44,466 bases of DNA from a virus: the IMG/VR virus record IMGVR_UViG_3300021976_000003, positions 1 through 44,466 of that record. One strand, given 5' to 3'. Made by a program: the position numbers and the translations under genes. The notes under the pieces were generated by a model. The model did not search any database. It saw only the letters and a program-made list of their open reading frames with translations, and was not told the DNA's origin. Every line of letters starts with the position of its first letter. Position 1 is the stretch's first letter. Shown here piece after piece: positions 41,519 to 44,466 of the stretch.

Positions 41519-41556
41519 CCCCAGCTTTCTTGATTTGGTAAGCTGGGGATTTTTTT
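41519..41556 (+). terminator. Intrinsic terminator after ssb
   Basis: Perfect 8-bp stem CCCCAGCT/AGCTGGGG, 14-nt loop, then A plus T7. Confidence 0.65.
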
Positions 41557-41557
41557 A

Positions 41558-41565
41558 TACCTTTG
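41558..41565 (+). promoter_or_regulatory. -7 promoter box TACCTTTG upstream of the packaging genes
   Basis: Matches TAnnTTTG. The extended sequence TACCTTTGGTATA is shared with the 14930 and 14988 boxes. Confidence 0.45.
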
Positions 41566-41610
41566 GTATAGATGATAGTAAGGCTTTTAAAGGTTAAAAA
41601 AGCATAATAT

Positions 41611-41895
41611 ATGCCCGAAGAGAAAGAACACCTGTTCAAGAAAGGGCACAATAAAGGAGGTAGGCCCAAAGGACTTGAAAATAAAATGACACGCACTGTA
41701 AGAGATACAGTGCTTGCTGTATTTAATAAACTTCAGGAAGAGCCAGAAAAAGGCAAACCTGATGTAAGACTTGAAACATGGGCCTCTAAGGAACCATCTG
41801 AATTCTATAAGATCGCCAGTAAGCTTATCCCTACCGAAGTAACTGGTAAGATCAAGAACATTATCATCGTTAAGGCTGACGAAGAAGATGAATGA
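41611..41895 (+). CDS. Putative small terminase subunit (94 aa)
   Basis: Lies directly upstream of and overlapping terL. The basic N-terminus has a KGGRPKG motif often seen in small terminase-like proteins. Confidence 0.45.
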   Translation: MPEEKEHLFKKGHNKGGRPKGLENKMTRTVRDTVLAVFNKLQEEPEKGKPDVRLETWASKEPSEFYKIASKLIPTEVTGKIKNIIIVKADEEDE

Positions 41896-43255
41896 AACAA
41901 CTGTCATCATACCAGACAAAGCATTCCTTCCGTGTTATAGACATCTACTAAATAATTCTGCTGATATACATTTACTTTGGGGTGGCCGTGATAGTGGTAA
42001 ATCGCATTTCATAGCTCAAGCCCTGGTAAAGAAATGCATGGCTGCTGAACAATTCCGATGTATACTTGTTAAAGAGACATATGAATCTATTAAGGATGCC
42101 CAATGGCAGACCATAAAGGATGTGGTGGAAGATTGGGGTTTGGAGGAGTTGTTTGTATTTAGGTTAAGTCCTCTCGAAATAGAATGTATTAATGGGAATA
42201 AGTTCATAGCACGTGGTTGCGATAAGCCAGGTAAATTGAAATCCATTAAAGACCCTACAGATGCATGGTACGAGGAAATGAACCAAATAACAGAAGAAGA
42301 TTTTATTGTGATCAGTACTACTTTGAGGTCAAATAAAGTAAAAACACAACAATGGTGTTCATTTAACCCGGAATCAATTGGTAACTATGAAGATTTTTGG
42401 ATATTCAAGCAATACCTGAAGAACCATTACGAACAGGGGGTTTACAATTTTACTAATACTACTGAATGGGAGATAACGGCTGATCACCAGCACGAGCCTA
42501 CGAAGATACCTATAACCTACACCTCCACACACACAGTATATCATCACAATAAATATTGTACCCCTCAAAGGCGGGCATTACTTGAGCAATTGGCTACTAC
42601 TAATGCCTATTACTATCAGGTGTTTACGTTGGGTCGTTGGGGTAATAAGCTGAACGATAATCCATTCGCTTATGCTTTTAGTAGGGAGAAACACTTAGGA
42701 GAAGTACAGCGTTTACCGGGAGTATCGCTTATCGCTTCCTTTGACTTCAACAGGAACCCTATCACCTGTCTTGTAGCGCAGATATTACCAGGAGATAAGG
42801 TTCGTGGTATAGAGCAGATAAAGCTAAAGAATAGCAATATCTATGCGTTATGCGACTACCTCCTACTACACTACCCACGTGCTTTATGGATCGTAACAGG
42901 TGATGCATCGGGGAATAATTCAGCGGCATTAGTACAAAATAGCCTCACTTATTATACGGTAATCAGGCAGAAGCTAGGATTGTCAGCAGGACAATTCAAA
43001 GTACCAAAGGCCAATCCCCGCATTGAAGAAAACCAGCAACTTGTTAATACTATACTTGGACTATGTGATTGTAAGTTCGATAGGGTTAAATGTGCAGGAC
43101 TTACCTTTGATTTTGAGAACGTACGTATGTTAGCTACTGGCAAGTTGGTGGCGATGGATAAAAAGAGCCGCAATAACCCCGCTATGCAGGCAGATTCCTT
43201 AGACTGCTTCCGTTATCTGTGTAATACTTTCCTCAAACATATGCTAAAAAAATAA
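41888..43255 (+). CDS. terL: Terminase large subunit (455 aa)
   Basis: Walker A LWGGRDSGKSHF, coupling motif ILVKETYESIKDA, and nuclease-domain acidic motifs SFDFNRNP and VTGDASG, as in PBSX/Terminase_3-type TerL. Confidence 0.85.
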   Translation: MNETTVIIPDKAFLPCYRHLLNNSADIHLLWGGRDSGKSHFIAQALVKKCMAAEQFRCILVKETYESIKDAQWQTIKDVVEDWGLEELFVFRLSPLEIECINGNKFIARGCDKPGKLKSIKDPTDAWYEEMNQITEEDFIVISTTLRSNKVKTQQWCSFNPESIGNYEDFWIFKQYLKNHYEQGVYNFTNTTEWEITADHQHEPTKIPITYTSTHTVYHHNKYCTPQRRALLEQLATTNAYYYQVFTLGRWGNKLNDNPFAYAFSREKHLGEVQRLPGVSLIASFDFNRNPITCLVAQILPGDKVRGIEQIKLKNSNIYALCDYLLLHYPRALWIVTGDASGNNSAALVQNSLTYYTVIRQKLGLSAGQFKVPKANPRIEENQQLVNTILGLCDCKFDRVKCAGLTFDFENVRMLATGKLVAMDKKSRNNPAMQADSLDCFRYLCNTFLKHMLKK

Positions 43256-43354
43256 GGCGCTTAAACAAGCACCCTAATTTGTTAACCTCTTTACCCCGGA
43301 CCATAATCAGCGGTTACCCTTAATTATAAACCCGGTTAATAATATACAAAGATA

Positions 43355-43909
43355 CTACAAAGGTCTGATATACTTGACAAGTATCATCATATTACCTACT
43401 GAATCCGGCGAACCATTCTGTAATATCGTATAACCCATTGGAAATTCAGTAGCCTTCCATGCACTGCGGTGACGTTCATATTCATTACCATGTGCAGCGT
43501 CTTGCTCCTGGAAGATTCCGGGAGTGCCTATCAGAACCACACCACCTGGATTGAGGCGGGTCATGAGTAGCTTCGCAATAGCAAAACCCTCTTCCTTTTC
43601 GAAGTGCTCTATAACGTCGGACATGATGATCATGTCATAGGTTATATCAGGGGTGTTGTCTAACCATTCCTTTATCCCCTCGATATATACTTTGTCATAT
43701 ATATCCCAAACACCTGTCCTATAATCCGGAAACCCTTCTACACCATGTAGTACCGTCTTCCAGGGTGCTTTACCCAGGTCGTCAGTATAAGACCTTACAA
43801 GAACCCCTGTCATACCAAGACCTACTCCCAGGTCCAAAACACGTTTGGGTTTCTTCTTCCATATTTCATGGGCAATGTTGAATGTTAGTGCGTAGCTGCC
43901 TATGGGCAT
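43355..43909 (-). CDS. Class I SAM-dependent methyltransferase (MTase-2, 184 aa)
   Basis: VLDLGVGLGMTG (motif I), MIIMSDVIEHF and LNPGGVVLIGTPG. Strongly diverged from MTase-1. Confidence 0.75.
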   Translation of the reverse strand: MPIGSYALTFNIAHEIWKKKPKRVLDLGVGLGMTGVLVRSYTDDLGKAPWKTVLHGVEGFPDYRTGVWDIYDKVYIEGIKEWLDNTPDITYDMIIMSDVIEHFEKEEGFAIAKLLMTRLNPGGVVLIGTPGIFQEQDAAHGNEYERHRSAWKATEFPMGYTILQNGSPDSVGNMMILVKYIRPL

Positions 43910-43927
43910 GTGTTAAAGTTTAATGTG

Positions 43928-44149
43928 TTATGATAGAATACTTCTTTGAATAGTAAGGACACCTCCCCGTAGACTATATACTAATCCCTTCTTTATATCA
44001 GTAGCTTTCCATATTACAATGATGCCGCCTCGAATCATGTATTCAAGCTGTTTTAAAAGAGGGCATCTTCTGTTCCATCTATGTAATGGGATAGTGCTAC
44101 CATTTTTAAATTGAACGAGACTTAAGCGATCTAATATTTCGTCACTCAT
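43928..44149 (-). CDS. Hypothetical protein (73 aa)
   Basis: ORF track. ATGA coupling to the upstream ORF. Confidence 0.45.
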   Translation of the reverse strand: MSDEILDRLSLVQFKNGSTIPLHRWNRRCPLLKQLEYMIRGGIIVIWKATDIKKGLVYSLRGGVLTIQRSILS

Positions 44150-44331
44150 GTTCCACTAAGTATTTGATATATGATTAATCCGAATGTTAGACCATTTAAT
44201 ACATAAGATATTCTAACAAGTATCTTTGTTTCTTTATTGATCTTTATTGTTTCCATCTGAAGTGACGTTATGCGATTAAGCGTTCTCTTTAGCTCTTCTT
44301 TTAATTTATAGGCATAATCTTCTGTGAGCAT
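44146..44331 (-). CDS. Small protein with a C-terminal transmembrane segment (61 aa)
   Basis: ORF track. VLNGLTFGLIIYQILSG is hydrophobic. Starts 3 nt after the MTase-1 stop. Confidence 0.45.
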   Translation of the reverse strand: MLTEDYAYKLKEELKRTLNRITSLQMETIKINKETKILVRISYVLNGLTFGLIIYQILSGT

Positions 44332-44334
44332 ATG

Positions 44335-44466
44335 TTAAAGTTTTTTAAGTATTTGGAATTTATGGTGATTAGGCCCGATGTTCTTTACATAGTCAAAGTG
44401 CCCCCTGTTAGTATGCATTTCTATTATCTCGAAGCCCGTTACCTTGGCTGCATGTTCTAATGCATC
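44335..44466 (-). CDS. 3'-terminal 43 codons plus stop of MTase-1 (same gene as 1..685; 44340..44466 duplicates 1..127)
   Basis: Reverse-strand reading ends ...HFDYVKNIGPNHHKFQILKKL, with TAA at 44337..44335. Confidence 0.75.
   Translation of the reverse strand, partial: DALEHAAKVTGFEIIEMHTNRGHFDYVKNIGPNHHKFQILKKL
44340..44466. repeat. Terminal overlap identical to 1..127
   Basis: Read directly. Confidence 0.95.

Overview
The window is one complete, circularly closed genome of a tailed dsDNA bacteriophage. Bases 1-127 are repeated exactly at 44340-44466, so the unit length is 44,339 bp. No integrase, rRNA, canonical tRNA, CRISPR array or transposase was seen, so it looks like a non-integrating, probably virulent phage. 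The host is probably a member of the Bacteroidota. Several transcription-unit starts carry the Bacteroidetes-type -7 box TAnnTTTG, start codons lack purine-rich Shine-Dalgarno sequences, and two large tail proteins combine PKD-like and beta-helix domains. Modules on the circular map: (i) packaging, terS-like 41611..41895 and terL 41888..43255. (ii) A reverse-strand accessory cassette crossing the junction (43355..44339 plus 1..1855) with two different SAM methyltransferases, a GT4 glycosyltransferase and three small proteins. (iii) Tail genes 1889..10451, including a chaperone-like pair, a tape-measure protein and two large tail proteins, then a GT8-like glycosyltransferase. (iv) Head genes: portal-like 11269..13080, MuF-like, scaffold-like and major capsid candidates up to 17634. 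These are interrupted by a reverse-strand, translationally coupled small-gene cassette (13975..14914) led by an Arc-like ribbon-helix-helix protein. (v) Connector and tail-tube candidates, two beta-helix depolymerase-type fibre/spike proteins, three membrane proteins and an M15 endolysin (17637..28131). (vi) A 540-nt non-coding, hairpin-rich region (28132..28672) containing a 58-nt D-armless tRNA-like element. (vii) An early region of about 25 small genes, then a recombination and replication module: RecT-like, RecE-like PD-(D/E)XK nuclease, SF2 helicase, prim-pol/P-loop helicase fusion, VRR-NUC and SSB. (viii) A 328-nt A-rich region with a 101-nt cytosine-free tract (40384..40711), a candidate origin. 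Functional calls rest on motifs read from the translations and on synteny. No database search was possible, so family names are hypotheses to confirm with HMM or structure searches.
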